Assembly: GCF_006345805.1 (NCBI RefSeq)
Contig: NC_042997.1
Location: forward strand, 198,710,001 to 198,774,000
DNA from: Octopus sinensis
Lineage: Eukaryota
DNA: 64,000 bases
Reading direction: 5' to 3'
The notes below the pieces were generated by a model, which saw nothing but the letters and a program-made list of their open reading frames with translations, searched no databases and was not told where the DNA came from. The translations under genes were made by a program, and so were the position numbers. Positions 38,186 to 51,485 of the stretch are shown here, one piece after another (positions within the stretch are counted from its first letter, which is position 1; each line of letters opens with the position of its first letter).

Positions 38186-38639
38186 GCAACAACAATCCGA
38201 TCGTGACGCAACGAATTATTAACATTAAAAATCGGCTTTAAAAAATTCGCATGTATGCGGAGCAGATAGGGGTTCGAAGTTGATTGGTTGCTTTGCTTTC
38301 CTACAATAAGGTGTGATGTGAAATGCACTATTTTGATAAAATATATGACAACGCTAAAACGCCAGTGTTTTGTTTTTAATATGTTAAACAAGGAAATTAA
38401 ATTTAAATATCCAATACAGCTGAGCAAAAATGGCGTAATCGTTATCATTCATGCATGAATTATTGTTTAAAAGAAATAACATTCTGATAATTCGATTTAT
38501 GTAATCGTAAAGAATGCTTCTGGATTAGGTATTTTCTCCTTCTTAAGTCCTATGTCTCTTTATACGTTTCCACGTGAATATTTCAATAGATCGAGTTTCC
38601 AGTATTAAAGAAGTATAGTGCGTAGCAGTACCGCCATAC

Positions 38640-39870
38640 AGGTTGCCCCCCCCCCATGAAACTTGTAGGGTGTCAGCAGCGGTTCGAAACTGAAATATTT
38701 TCTGGCCTAAAGAGAAGAGCTAGCTTTTAAGATGAGGTCCCGCCTAAACTTAGGATTTGCTTTCAGAAGGAGGGAACCTCTGTAATAGTAACTCGCAGCA
38801 TTTGGATCAGTTATGAAGTCTCTAGCTGAGTGCAGCTCGGCCTAAGCGTGAATGTGGTACCATGGTGGGTGTTTTCCGAGTATGAATAGTTGTTGAGTTT
38901 CTTGCTGTTAAAAGAGACAAGGTTGCCATGCCCCACTAGAAGATACTTTCAAGGTCTCCGTTTATAGAAACAATGGATGTAGGCGTGTGGTGCTTAAGTT
39001 GAGAGCGAATGATGCACGGTGAAGGAGGAATGAATAGTCGCGTCATCTTCGTAAGAGTGGGCACTGTTACATGTGGAAGCATGGAGATCATCGATTTGTA
39101 GAAGGGAGTGAGGGTGAGTACCAAACTCCGATGACCCTGGGTATCATTAGGGTTAAATGCGAGAGGAGTAGAAAGGGCCCCATCAACACGGTCACAGAGA
39201 AGTGCGATCGGATAGGAAGCTTCCAAGATGTGAAAGACAGGTCGAGCTTACAGGTGGGAAGTTGTGATAGCTTTGCTGATATCTAGCGCTGATTTCGATG
39301 AAATTCTCTAAAGAGAAGACCGAATAGTGGATAACGAAAGACAGTAGGTCTCCAGTTGATCTGGCTCTGCAGAAGCCGCACTGGTGGACACATTGGAGAG
39401 AGAGAGAGAGAGAGAGAGACAGGGGGAAGGAGACAGAATCATTGTTGATAGCTATCTCCAGTACCCGCGATATTTTGCCAGGTTAGAGTGTTTGCCTTTC
39501 TTTAAAATAGGATAAACTGAGACATGTATCTAAATGTTAGGGTATATACACGTAAAGAGAGAGATATTAAATAGTTTGGTAAGTATAGTATTTCTGAGTC
39601 TGGTATTTTCAGGGCCGGTGGCCTTGTCTATTTGAAGCAGATGGAGATATGTCCGCAAATGGCACGGGTGTAGGCGGAGTGGGGAGCCTATTGAAGTGAA
39701 AGGGATTGGGTAATGGTGTAAAGTTCGATACAAAGCGGATGACAAGCGTGGAGGCTTTCTCTATATGGTACTGCTAACAGAGCCATCGTTGTTAAGAAGA
39801 GGAAAAGATGATTCTACAAATTCGTGGAAATCCTTTTGCGCAAAAGACCAAAAGGACGGGCTGCAGTGTG
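38640..39870 (-). mobile_element. Old CR1/L2/Jockey-group LINE RT remnant
   Basis: KATGPEN..LTKLFNISL..GIYP-like, ALDISKA, INDL, YEDD (for YADD) in order with frameshifts. Confidence 0.7.
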
Positions 39871-39939
39871 GAAATACACGGATACATCCTCTGCAAACTG
39901 GATAGTGATCTCACAAGAGTTGCACTGCAGGATGGACCC

Positions 39940-40080
39940 CACTTAGCGGTTCGGGGAAAAAAGAGACCGACAGAATACGTACTATAGGCTTACAAAGAAT
40001 AAGTCTTGGGGGTCGATTTGTTCGACTGAAGGCGGTGCTCCATCATGGCCGCAGTCAAATGACTGAAACAAGTAACAGAA
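39940..40080 (+). mobile_element. SINE group A 3' half
   Basis: ACTTAGCGGTTCGG...GCAGTCAAATGACTGAAACAAGTAA. Confidence 0.85.
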
Positions 40081-41574
40081 TAATGAAATATAAAAAGACA
40101 TATACAATCTTCCACGAGGTGTTTCCTGTATTATAAAACAGAGTCGTGCAGCACGATTTAGAAAAACTTTGCACAAATCCACTAACTCCGGTAACAACAA
40201 CAAAGTTTCTCTCCCCAGCGTCAAATTTGCGCATATAATACGTCTAAGAGTCTCCATACGAAACATTAACTGTCTGAAAAAAAAAAAAACACTTTTATGA
40301 AACCGAAACATTTTCTCATTACCGAAGAGAAACATGCCAACACAGGTTTCACTAATTATCCTACGAAGTTGCAGTCGACAACTGCGCCATTAACGCCCTC
40401 ATTAGTGAGAATATAATACACTCGAATCGTCTTGGTTTTCAAATAAAGCAGATAACCTAACAGGTAATACAGAAGCAAACACCCATTTTATCTTAAACAA
40501 CCCATAACACAAATAACTCGCCGGGCCAACTACTACAACTTATAATACTCAGACGTCACTTTCTGCTCCTACACTTCGCTTCATAATCACTGGACAATCA
40601 ATGTCTGAACTCTCTCCAGACTACCTGGCACGCAGTATGTGTTCGTAAAATTAACGTACAGGTGACTGAGTACTCCGGAAATACGCGTACCCTTAATATA
40701 GTTCTCAGGGAAATTAAGCATGACACAGAATATGACAAGGCTGACCCTTTGAAACAAAGATTCAACTCATTTTTGCCAACGTGAAATAAAGTGTCTTGCT
40801 CAAGAGCACAACGCGCCGCCTCGTAGCTGACCATCTGCCAGTTGCAATAGCAACATTTAGACATCATTAATTTCATGTATTAGAGGAGCTGTTAAGAAAG
40901 GCTGATTGCATAGTTTCGAAGGTTCCGATCACAAAACACACACACATACTCTCTCTCTTTCTGAACCCAGAAACATGTGATTGGTAAGTAAGCTACTTAC
41001 CACACAGCCACTTATATATATATATATGTATGTATAGATAGATAGAGAGGGAGTGAATGAGAGAGAGAGATGTAAGGTCCAAGAATCGAAGAGTAGGAAG
41101 AAAGTGAGCTTCAAGCAATCCGCAGAAAATATAGACAAAATAACTTTCTGGAACAATAGCGGTTTATTGGGGTGGAAAGTTGTGGATTTTCTGCCATAGC
41201 GATAAGCAGAAAAAAAATTATTATAGCCCGGATGTTATCTACTCCATTCTTTAACTCTTGGGTTATGTGTGTGTATGTGCGTGTGAGAGAGAGAGAGAGA
41301 GAGAGCACAATGGCCCAGAGGTTAGGGCAGCGGACTTGCGGTTGTAGGGTGGCGTCATTTGAAGGCTAAAACAATGCGAAGCGCATTGTGACCAGCAATG
41401 TGTAGCAACATCTGATAGCCTGGTCGGCCATGGTCACAGTGATATATGTGTGCGTGTTTGTGTGTGTGTAGATAGATATATGGATAGATACATACATGTA
41501 AACACACACACATTTGGACGTATATTTGCATGTATGTATATACGTATGTGTTTTTGGAGATATATATATATATA

Positions 41575-41978
41575 TTTTTCTTTATTGCCCACAAGGGGCT
41601 AAACATAGAGGGGACAAATAAGGACAGACAAAAGGATTAAGTTGATTACATCGACCCCTGTGCGAAACTGCTACTCTATCGACCCCGAAAGGATGAAAGG
41701 CAAAGTCGACCTTGGCGGAATTTGAACTCAGAACGTAACGACAGACGAAATACCTATTTCTTTACTACCCACAAGGGGCTAAACACAGAGAGGACAAACA
41801 AAGACAGACAAACGGATTAAATCGATTACATCGACCCCAGTACCTAACTGGTACTTATTTAATTGACCCTGAAAGGATGAAAGGCAAAGTCGACCTCGGC
41901 GGAATTTGAACTCGGAAGACGAAATATGGCTACGCATTTCGCCCGGCGTGCTAACGTTTCTGCCAACTGGACGCCTTC
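41575..41978 (-). mobile_element. SINE group B dimer + head, probable TSD
   Basis: Two units; both flanks read TTTTTGGA(TG)GATATATATATA. Confidence 0.88.
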
Positions 41979-42531
41979 TTTTTGGATGGATATATATATA
42001 TATCGTTACAGTCCCGCACCCCTACACACACAACAACACATCTACATAACGTTTTAATACGAACCGTAGCATGCTAAATATCCTAACATTCAAACGTCTT
42101 TTGGTAAATTTCGCCTCACTGCAAAATAGATTGCAAGCCGTGGCAAGGGAGAAAATTATTAAAAGCCATTATTAAATCTATATCTTACTAATGAGATTTG
42201 AAGTTCCCTGCCAGCTTTTCAAATGATTTATCACAAGGAATGGAATTGCTGCAAAGGAGTTGAGCAGTCTATTACAAAACTGCAACAAATAATTACCAGT
42301 AATATTATTAAGCTCCATGTAATTACAGATAAAATATAGGAAGCGGTAAAAACAATTATGGCAATGGCGACAAGTGAATTGTGAGGAAAATCTGCCGACT
42401 GCCAAAAGAAATCTATTTAATAACAAGGTCCATAATATATGAAACAGCACGCTTAGCTAACATTAGTCTCAAGAAAACCGCCAATATTCTGTGTTACTAT
42501 AGTTCATACTTTATCTACAAAAGACAATTCC

Positions 42532-42842
42532 GAATAATAATAACAACAATAATAATAATAACAACAACAATAATAATGATGATAATAATAACAACAATGA
42601 TAATAATAATAACAACGATAATGATAATAATAATAACAACGATAATGATAACGATAACAATAACAATAATAATAATAATAATAATGATGATAATAATAAC
42701 AACTATAATAATAATAACAATGATAACAATAATAATAATAATAATGATAATAACAACAATAATAATAATAATGATAATAACAACAACAATAATAATAATA
42801 ATGATAATAATAATAATAATAATAATAATGATGATGATGATG
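42532..42842. repeat. (AAT/AAC/GAT)n trinucleotide microsatellite
   Basis: About 310 bp; source of the poly-Ile and poly-Tyr ORFs. Confidence 0.95.
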
Positions 42843-43899
42843 CAAATACAACGTCCATGCACTGCATATTAAATGTAGTAGCGGAGTGGTTATATTACTG
42901 GACGTTTGGTTGATTGGTTGGTTGGTAATGAGTATGCGCTCCGACAGATACACTAATTCTAATTGGTTCGTTGTCAGACATATTGATTTGTGAATGGATC
43001 ATTGTTAAACCTCGGATGTGGATTATGGCGCCTTTCTAATCCATGAACTCCATACAAATTGTCAAGAATTTGTACTATTGGATAGCAAATATATGTGAGA
43101 GTGTGGTGTATCTGTGTGCGTGGAGGGTGAGGTCAGTATGCGAGTGCGTGTATGTGTGTGTGCGCGAGTAATTGTGTAGACTGGCATATAAATATTAACA
43201 ATGGGCTGATATATTATGTATATTTCGCGTGTGTACACACACACACACACACACACACGCACGCACGCACGCGGTAAGTTCCATTTCTCTGTCCGCGGAG
43301 ATAAAGAAAAACCAAAAACATTTGCTTACAATTGTCATTGTGTCGTCGTACAATGACAACGAGCAAGTGTATGTGTGAGGGTGTGTATTCCTGTGGGAAT
43401 GTGTTTTTGTGTGCTTATGCTGGTTGTATTCGACTAGCTAGAAGTAGCAACGAAGTCTCAGCGTATACATGTATATACTATAAAAAGAGGCAGGGTGTGC
43501 AAGACAAGCATAAATTCGATAGATACTGGTAAAAGACTTAGTATGTGAAAGCACGTGGTTGGATGTATAAAAGACAAAACAGAGTGAAAAAAATACAGAA
43601 GACTTGTGTTATATGCTTAGAGAATATATTTAAACCGTTATGTTAAGAGAATCTTATAAAATTTTGTGTAAAGTAACATTGCTCTTGGAGAAATAACCGG
43701 TTTCGTATTTTCTTTTCAAATGTCTCAAATTTCTTTACCGATATTGTGTCGTTTCTTCGGTATGAAGAGAAGTATGAGAGTTCCAGACAGGGGAAGGTAA
43801 TCGGGGATTTTTTCGGTATAAGGGAGATAATCAAAAATGTTGGGAATGACTAGATTTTATTAATTCAACATGATTTGGTTTAGAAAGAACAGAATGTTA

Positions 43900-44880
43900 G
43901 AAGTGGTTAAGTTTTGCTTTATATTTTTTTCAAAGAGGTAAGTTTCCTTATTTAAAATTGTTAGAAATGATCACGTTTTGTCTTATATGTTTCAATGAAG
44001 TAGGTTTCCTTATTTAATCTAACTTGTGTTGGTGTTTCAATGGCACAGTGATAAATAAGAAAGATTACAAATTGTGGTAGCAGTTACTTTGCGCATTTCT
44101 CAATGTGTGCACTAAAATATATTCTATATTCTGAGAATGCAATCTGCTGTCGGTGCAGAGTGCGTCTGCACTTGAGCGATAATCCCGTGATCTCTATGTA
44201 GTTTTGCTGGCAGCCCGAGCATCTTATAACGTAAATCAGGTTTTCTGAGGCACTAGTGAAGTCAGATTTGATCTTAAATTTTTGTCCCTCTTTGAAAAGG
44301 AATTCTCATCCTTCTAGAAGGTTTGGGAAAGTTGCGCAATTTGATCGACCATATTTCTTTACTTTTGCATCCATTAATTTAGAAAATAATTTTGCCTTTA
44401 TGAGGATCTTTTTTAGCGATTTTGGTTGTTTGTAGCTTTTAATGATCTTTGTGTGTAAAATTTCCTTTAATTTGGGGTCCTTATGTAGCATTGGTAAATT
44501 TTGGGTGATGACGTAAAGGCTTCTTTGTTTCTGAATGTGAGTATGTACAGCAACATTTTCGGGGAAGGTGTGTTTCTGTGTTAAGGTTTCTATGTCGATT
44601 TGTGTTGCATGTCTGATTCCATCCTCTATGAGTTGACCTGGGTAGTGTCTGTCAATCTAAGATTTCTTGCAATCTAAGGTTTCTGGTATTTTGTTTTTGA
44701 CACTATTGTGCATATCCTTCTTGCAAGGTTGAAGGGGATGTTTGTTTTGGTGTGTCTTTGGTGGCATGAATTAAATATTAGATATTGTTTGGCGTCCGTG
44801 GTTTTGTAGAATATGTCCGTTTCTATTTTTAGGTTTATTTTTTTTAATTCGTACATCCAAGAATGGCAGCTCCTTTTGAT
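43900..44880 (-). mobile_element. Penelope-like retroelement remnant (RT C-terminus + GIY-YIG)
   Basis: ELPFLDVRI, TDIFYKTTDAKQYLIFNSCH.RHTKTNIPFNLARRICTIVS, YKQPKSLKKIL, FTSASENLIYVIRCSGCQQNYI. Confidence 0.88.
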
Positions 44881-45354
44881 TGTATTCCATTGGACGCGAG
44901 CCTGCACCTCCCAGACTCCGGTTGAGTATGCTACCAATTAAGCTAAACTGATCGCTGATAACAATTTCCGCCAAATTAACACTACAAACACAGCTTCTTT
45001 TGAAATACAACAACAAATGTAAACAAACTTTTATTGTTTTTGGAAGCGTGGAATGTGTATCACATCATAGAGACCAGAAATTAATGTTTCGAACGGAGTA
45101 TAGACATGAAAACAGTAGAAAGATTGGGAGGTGCGGGTTCTAGTCCGGTGGCTATATGTCGAAAGCTTTTTCGGTCATATAAAAGTAAAATGCTCAATCT
45201 TTCTTCTATTTCCACGGTTATACTGCATTCGAAATATTATTTTCAAGTCTGTATGATATATATATATATATAATAAATATTAGGAAATAAATCCAAACTT
45301 TCAGGGAAAAATCCGATTTAGGATTGAATCCAATTTTATAGTAAAATATTATAT

Positions 45355-45586
45355 TATATTAAATTAGAGATAAAACCACTATTAGGCAAATCAAACAATG
45401 AAAAACTTAAGCCAATACATAAGATTATTTAATTTATATTATTTAAATATATAAAATTATTAAAAAATATATTTTTTAATTATATTTTTTTATAATTTTG
45501 TTATATATTTAAATAATCTTATGTATTGGCTTAAGTTTTTCATTGTTTGATTTGCCTAATAGTGGTTTTGTCTCTAATTTAATATA
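45355..45586. repeat. AT-rich palindrome, ~78-bp arms
   Basis: AAATTAGAGATAAAACCACTATTAGGCAAATCAAACAATGAAAAACTTAAGCCAATACATAAGATTATTTAA recurs as a near-perfect reverse complement at 45510-45581. Confidence 0.9.
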
Positions 45587-45589
45587 TAT

Positions 45590-45627
<38 letters not shown>

Positions 45628-46178
45628 CACTTGCGTCGGAAATTAATTGGCACTTCTCAAATTTCTACATTTTCTTAATTTAATTAACTTATTATCAGAA
45701 ACGAACTCGTTTTTAATCAAAAATTTATTAAAACATATCCCAGCACACCACATAATTGTTATTAATCGTGAAATTTAGTCAATATCTTGTTGCTCCTCCT
45801 TTGGCAGCAATGACAGCTGCTACGCGGGTCGGCATGCTGTCTATGAGTGCCTGCAGGTACTGTGCAGGGATGGCCCCTCATGCAGCAAGAAGTGCCCCAA
45901 ACAGCTCGTGTCGGTTCCTGTATTGCTGCACATTCAAATCCCTACCCAATCGACTCCAGAGGTTCTCAATAGGGTTCAGGTCAGGTGACTGGCCAGCACG
46001 TACTCCTCGCCACCAAAGAGGTATCCCGTACTATCTCAACGTACTTTGCTGCGTTGATGTTGCCTTCGACGGCATAGAGCCGCCCAACACCACTGTAGCT
46101 GAACGCCCCCCACACCATCAGACCACCCCCACCATGCTTCATGGTGAGCAAATCAAGGGTGCTAATTAATTTCTGACG

Positions 46179-46184
<6 letters not shown>
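45628..46184 (-). mobile_element. Internally deleted Tc1 element with both TIRs
   Basis: TIRs CACTTGCGTCGGAAATTAATTGGCAC / GTGCTAATTAATTTCTGACGTTAGTG; minus-strand KHGGGGLMVWG, QSPDLNPIENLW, LIDSMPTRVAAVIAAKGGATRY*. Confidence 0.9.
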
Positions 46185-46260
<76 letters not shown>

Positions 46261-46265
<5 letters not shown>

Positions 46266-46503
46266 CAATGGCCCAGTGGTTATGGCAGCGGACTCGCAGT
46301 CGTAGGGTCGCGGTTTCGATTCCCAGGCCGGGCATTGTGAGTGTTTATTGAGCGAAAACACCTAAAGCTCCACGGGGCTCCAGCAGGGGGGGGGTGATCC
46401 CTGCTGAACTCTTTCGCCACAACTTTCTCTTACTCTTTCTTCTGTTGGCTTGCTCGCTTAGCCAGCGATGTGTAGCAACATCTGACATCACCGTGATCAC
46501 GGT
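46261..46503 (+). mobile_element. SINE group C head with a different 3' module
   Basis: Head like that of 31699-32080; tail AGCGATGTGTAGCAACATCTGA shared with 41395-41440. Confidence 0.8.
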
Positions 46504-46689
46504 GATATATATATAGTACGGGCAAGTGGACAAAAACTTAAAGTTTGGTAGGTATATGACAAACACCCACCTTGTTGGGCTCGGGTTGCCGAATCAGCTA
46601 GTTGAATTTGGCTGAGCGCGATGAGCTAGGTTTCTGTCAGGTGCTTACAAAACCATAAGTCTATGGAATTGAATCAAACTGTTTGAAGA

Positions 46690-46733
<44 letters not shown>

Positions 46734-46735
<2 letters not shown>

Positions 46736-47230
46736 GGCCAATAGGCCAAATATAGTTGTCAAAGATCATGAAGAAGAAAAATGCTCCCTAATTGATGTAT
46801 CAATACCTGCAGTTGACAACGTTTCTCTAAAAGAAATGGAGAAACTTTCAAATACAAAGACCTGGAAATAGAGGTAACTCGAATGTGGAATCTAAAAACA
46901 GAAACAATTCCTATGATAGTAGGCGCATGAGGTATGATAAAAAAATATTCAGACAAATACATAACAAAATCACCAGGACTTGGGTGATGACGTAAAGGCT
47001 TCTTTGTTTCTGAATGTGGATATGTACAGCAACATTTTCGGGGAAGGTGTGTTTCTTTGTTGATCTTTTCAGAAGGTTTCTATGTCGATTTGTGTTGCAC
47101 AGCTTACGCAGAACACTTTCAATACAGTAACCCTAAGAGCATCACAGCAAACCACATCACATACCCAAATCAGACAGAGCTGCGCTCACTGGTTAAGTGA
47201 AAGCACGTTATAAAAATTAAACTACTGGAT
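46734..47230 (+). mobile_element. Dong/R4-type LINE 3' end inserted in (TAA)n
   Basis: ANRPNIVVKD..KCSLIDVSIP, KYKDLEIEVTRMW, IPMIVGA*G (restriction-like endonuclease); (AAT)n on both sides. Confidence 0.85.
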
Positions 47231-47823
47231 AATAATAATAATACTACTACTAATAATAATAATAAATACCCTGATGCAATACCGGGCAGTAGCTCTCATG
47301 GTTTCTCATTTAACTGATTGGAAATATCATAATAATAATAATAGTGATAATAATAATGATATAACGATATCATGTACATTGTTTTGTCTTGGTATAAAGG
47401 ATGGGCTATAGCAAATATCCTGCTCAATACCACAGATTTGCTTGTCAGTCGTTTGACCTTAACCAGTTGAGCATCTCCCTTGGTGGTTGACGATATGTGC
47501 ATCTCTGATCACGAGCAAAAGTAGTGGGAGAGTCATGTGTTGAGAGGAATTCTTTGGGGTTTGGATAATTCACCTTTGGAAACGTGTTTTGTTCATCCTT
47601 AAACCCATATTCAAGGACCTTTTGAGTGTTATGGGCTACTCGACCTGAAGAAAATTCTAACTGGGCCCCGTCTGCAAAGTCATGCGCTGTTTATCTCGGT
47701 ATGAGAACATTATGTCGCGCACATATGGTAGTGATGTGTCTGGTATACCCTTATTAGACTTTTCGTCACCGGAACAAGGATATATGTATTTGCATCGGGA
47801 TAGCACTTCTCACCAACAACCTG

Positions 47824-47881
47824 TGATTGTCACATTCTGATGACGGGTCAATATTCAGAAACCCGGGTCCGTGTCTATCAC
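47824..47881 (+). ncRNA. Type I hammerhead-ribozyme-like motif
   Basis: CTGATGA (47837-47843), wobble stem II GGGT/ATTC, GAA-ACCCGGGT-C palindromic stem III with GUC site (47869); stem I partly paired (GTGAT/ATCAC). Confidence 0.6.
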
Positions 47882-48135
47882 GTCAGGTTGAAGATGGGAA
47901 GGATGACTTACCTTTGCAAATACTGATTGGGCACAGAAAGTGTGTCAATAGCCAGCTGGAGGAGGTTCCTCCTGGAGCTACAAGCTACAGTAGCATCCAC
48001 CCTTACGGGTGGACTCTAAACGAACGGCTAAACGAAGCAACACAGGTTGTCAAGTGATGCGATAAGGTAGAGTATTTCAAATACAAATAGACGCAAATGT
48101 ATCTTTATATATCAACACATACACACAAACACCCA

Positions 48136-48176
<41 letters not shown>

Positions 48177-49861
48177 TATCCATATCCCACAGTAGACTCC
48201 AATCAAAAATGAATATGATGGGCATGGATGGAAATATGAGGTCAGCTGGCTTGTGTACGTGTTTTGAAGAAAGAATGAAGACGTGCCGAAAAAACATCAC
48301 AATATTTCCATAGTCTTAAACTCTATACTTTTCACTTTACATCTATTCAAACGAAGTTCGTTCTTCTACATATTAGAAATTTGATTTCTTTTCACGAGGA
48401 AGAATAAATTGACTGTCGTACGCAGCCAAAAAAATGAAATCATGTTCGTTTCTGTGTAATTATAACCAGCTGAAAGAAATCGCAATTTATGTGTCAGTAT
48501 CACAAAAATATAAAGCGAAAAATACTAACGCATACAAAACAATTATTAACATGATACACATGTAGTAGCCGACACATGGATTTAATTAATCCACATTACG
48601 CTTAGTTCAAACACTTCTAACACATCTTTAATCCCATTTCTTGTGTCGAATTATATATTGGAGCATTTAAATAGAACTGATGACGGCAGTAAGTGCGCTG
48701 TATATAGACCCGATTGTCAATTACGAAGTGAAAAAAAAAATACATGACTAGAATAAATTTTATGCTATAATGTTATCCACATTCAACATATAATTCTTGC
48801 CTTCTGCTTTTTGTTATAATTGAGGTTGTAGGACAAAACTGAATGTAAGTGAAACAGATCGATACATACACTGCAGCACAGGAAATGGACACTGCTGTAA
48901 ACGTCATATCTATGATCGAGGTTTTCAATAAATAAATATCATATAATGATATGCATCCATGCAAACAGTAAAGCGCTCATGTACTTGTGTCATTGACAGG
49001 ACAATAGCTTAATTGTTTGAATACAAGACAAAAGAACATTAATATTCAGATTTAGATTGGGCAGAATTGTCGATGACATCTATCGTATTGGAGTCAACTA
49101 ATTATAAATTTGTAATATATATATACAAAACTCTAACATATATAAAAGTGTAAAATGCCCCCGCTAACTGTCACAATGTTAAATGGAGAGTGCTCTTATG
49201 TTTTAATCATTGCTTTAAACTGTAATTATACTAACTTGATTTTCTTTATAATTATATCAGTTATGTCGAGTTATTTGGAGGAAAATCTGTTGAACAGCAA
49301 TTTTTTAAAATCATGGGTAGTCTTTCGAATAATTATAATGATTATAATCATTGGTGTAATTTACTTAAAATCGCCCGGCGAAATCATGAGTCTGTTCTTT
49401 TTGCATCTATTTTCTTTAAAACATACTCCTGGATAAGTTTAAATCTCGTTTTACTACCACGTGGTTTCGAGTTCTGTCCCACAGCGCGGCACCTTCAACA
49501 TGTATCTCCTACAAGGGCCCCCCGAGCAGGCCAATACATTGTCAGTGAATTTGGTTGACGGAAACTGTGGACCCACGTCATATACGCACACATGTATGTA
49601 TTATCTTATTGACTAGGTTATTGAAGATGTTGTTATACACTGTTATAGCATTCGGGTGATGCCCCCCACCCGCCACTCGCTGGCTAGTCATACAGGACAA
49701 AACTGCCCCCGAACAGAATGCCAGTTCACTGCAGGTTATTCTTTTAGAACTGTATGGATTAGAGTGATGTGAAATGAATTGCTTAAGACCATAAGGCATT
49801 ACCGGTTTGGGAATCGAAACCAGGACCTTTCGATCGTGAGTGCAACACCCTGACCACTGGG

Positions 49862-49896
<35 letters not shown>

Positions 49897-50245
49897 TCAC
49901 ACCACTGCTTGACAGTCGCTGTTGGTTTAAGTCCCTGTAACCTAACGGTTCGACAAAAGACCCATATAAAATAAATACTAGACTCAAAAGGGATATAAGT
50001 ATTGGGGTCGACTAAAAATCTTCAAAGTGGTGGCTAAGGATGGCTGCAATCCAACGATTGTTTGCTAATAAACTAGTTTTAACGTAATAAAGTTCTGTGT
50101 TCACAGATTGGTGGAATATATAATTCCATTAAACTTGTTTTTTTTTTTTCTAGGAGTAAGACTAAAATTATACCGGAGAAGAAGTGGTTGAATGTAATAA
50201 TTTTATACAATAATAATCGCATCTATGGTTACGAATTGTAGAATA

Positions 50246-50662
50246 GGCGCAGGAGTGGCTGTGTGGTAAGTAGCTTGCTAACCAACCACATGGTTCCGGG
50301 TTCAGTCCCACTGCGTGGCATCTTGGGCAAGTGTCTTCTGCTATAGCCCCGGGCCGACCAATGCCTTGTGAGTGGATTTGGTAGACGGAAACTGAAAAGA
50401 AGCCCGTCGTATATATGTATATATATATATACATATGTATGTGTGTGTTTGTGTGTCTGTGTTTGTCCCCCTAGCATTGCTTGACAACCGATGCTGGTGT
50501 GTTTACATCCCCGTCACTTAGCGGTTCGGCAAAGGAGACCGATAGAATAAGTACTGGGCTTACAAAGAATAAGTCCCGGGGTCGATTTGCTCGACTAAAA
50601 GGTGGTGCTCCAGCATGGCCGCAGTCAAATGACTGAAACAAGTAAAAGAGTAAAAAAGAGTA
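50246..50662 (+). mobile_element. SINE group A, full length
   Basis: Matches the other group A copies. Confidence 0.92.
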
Positions 50663-50704
50663 AATGTTGCATTCTGAGAGCAATGAAATTTATGGACATA
50701 AATA

Positions 50705-51126
50705 ATCCTTTCTATTATAGGCACAAGGCCTGGAATTTTAGGTAGTCGATCACATCGACCACAGTACTTGACGGGGACTTAATTTATCGACCCCGAAAGG
50801 ATGAAAATGCAAAGGTGAACATATCGGAATTTGAACCCAGAGCGTGAAGGCGGACGAAATGCTACTAAGCATTTTCCCAGAGGGCTAACAATTCTTATTT
50901 CTTTATTGCCCACAAGGAGCAAAACAGAGTGGACAAACAAGGACAGACAAACAGATTAAGTCGATTACATCGACCCTAGTGCGTAACTGGTACTTTATTT
51001 ATCGACCCTGAAAGGATGAAAGGCAAAGTTGACCTCGGCGGAATTTGAACTCAGAAGATAACGACAGACGAAATACCGCTAAGCATTTCGCCCGGCGGGC
51101 TAACGTTTCTGCCAGCTCGCCGCCTT
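50705..51126 (-). mobile_element. Two adjacent group B SINEs (old + young)
   Basis: Two cores with different tails; head CCAGCTCGCCGCCTT at the right end. Confidence 0.85.
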
Positions 51127-51485
51127 TATATTGATATAAATAATAACTAAATTAACAATTCTGTGTGGGGTCGTTACGAAATTAATGGGAAAATGAATGG
51201 GTTTACAATACTGAGCGAGGCAAATCCGGCTCGATGAGAAGATATCAAGAAATCAAACTAGTTATTACGTAAAATGTAATACAACTACGGTTTAAAATCA
51301 CCTAAAAATGTATTTACTTCGTTTATCGCTTCTATCACACTTCTCGTCTTTTACTCCAGTTTACAAAATGTTATTCTGTATTTATTTCTCGTGTTGCTTA
51401 TTTCGTTTCTTTGACATATTAAATCGTGTTGAGCCATGTAATTAATATCCAAATCATTTGTTAAGCAGGCAATGTTTCAAACATA

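Noticed and set aside
42381-42953. Poly-Ile and poly-Tyr ORFs
   Set aside because: Translations of (AAT)n.
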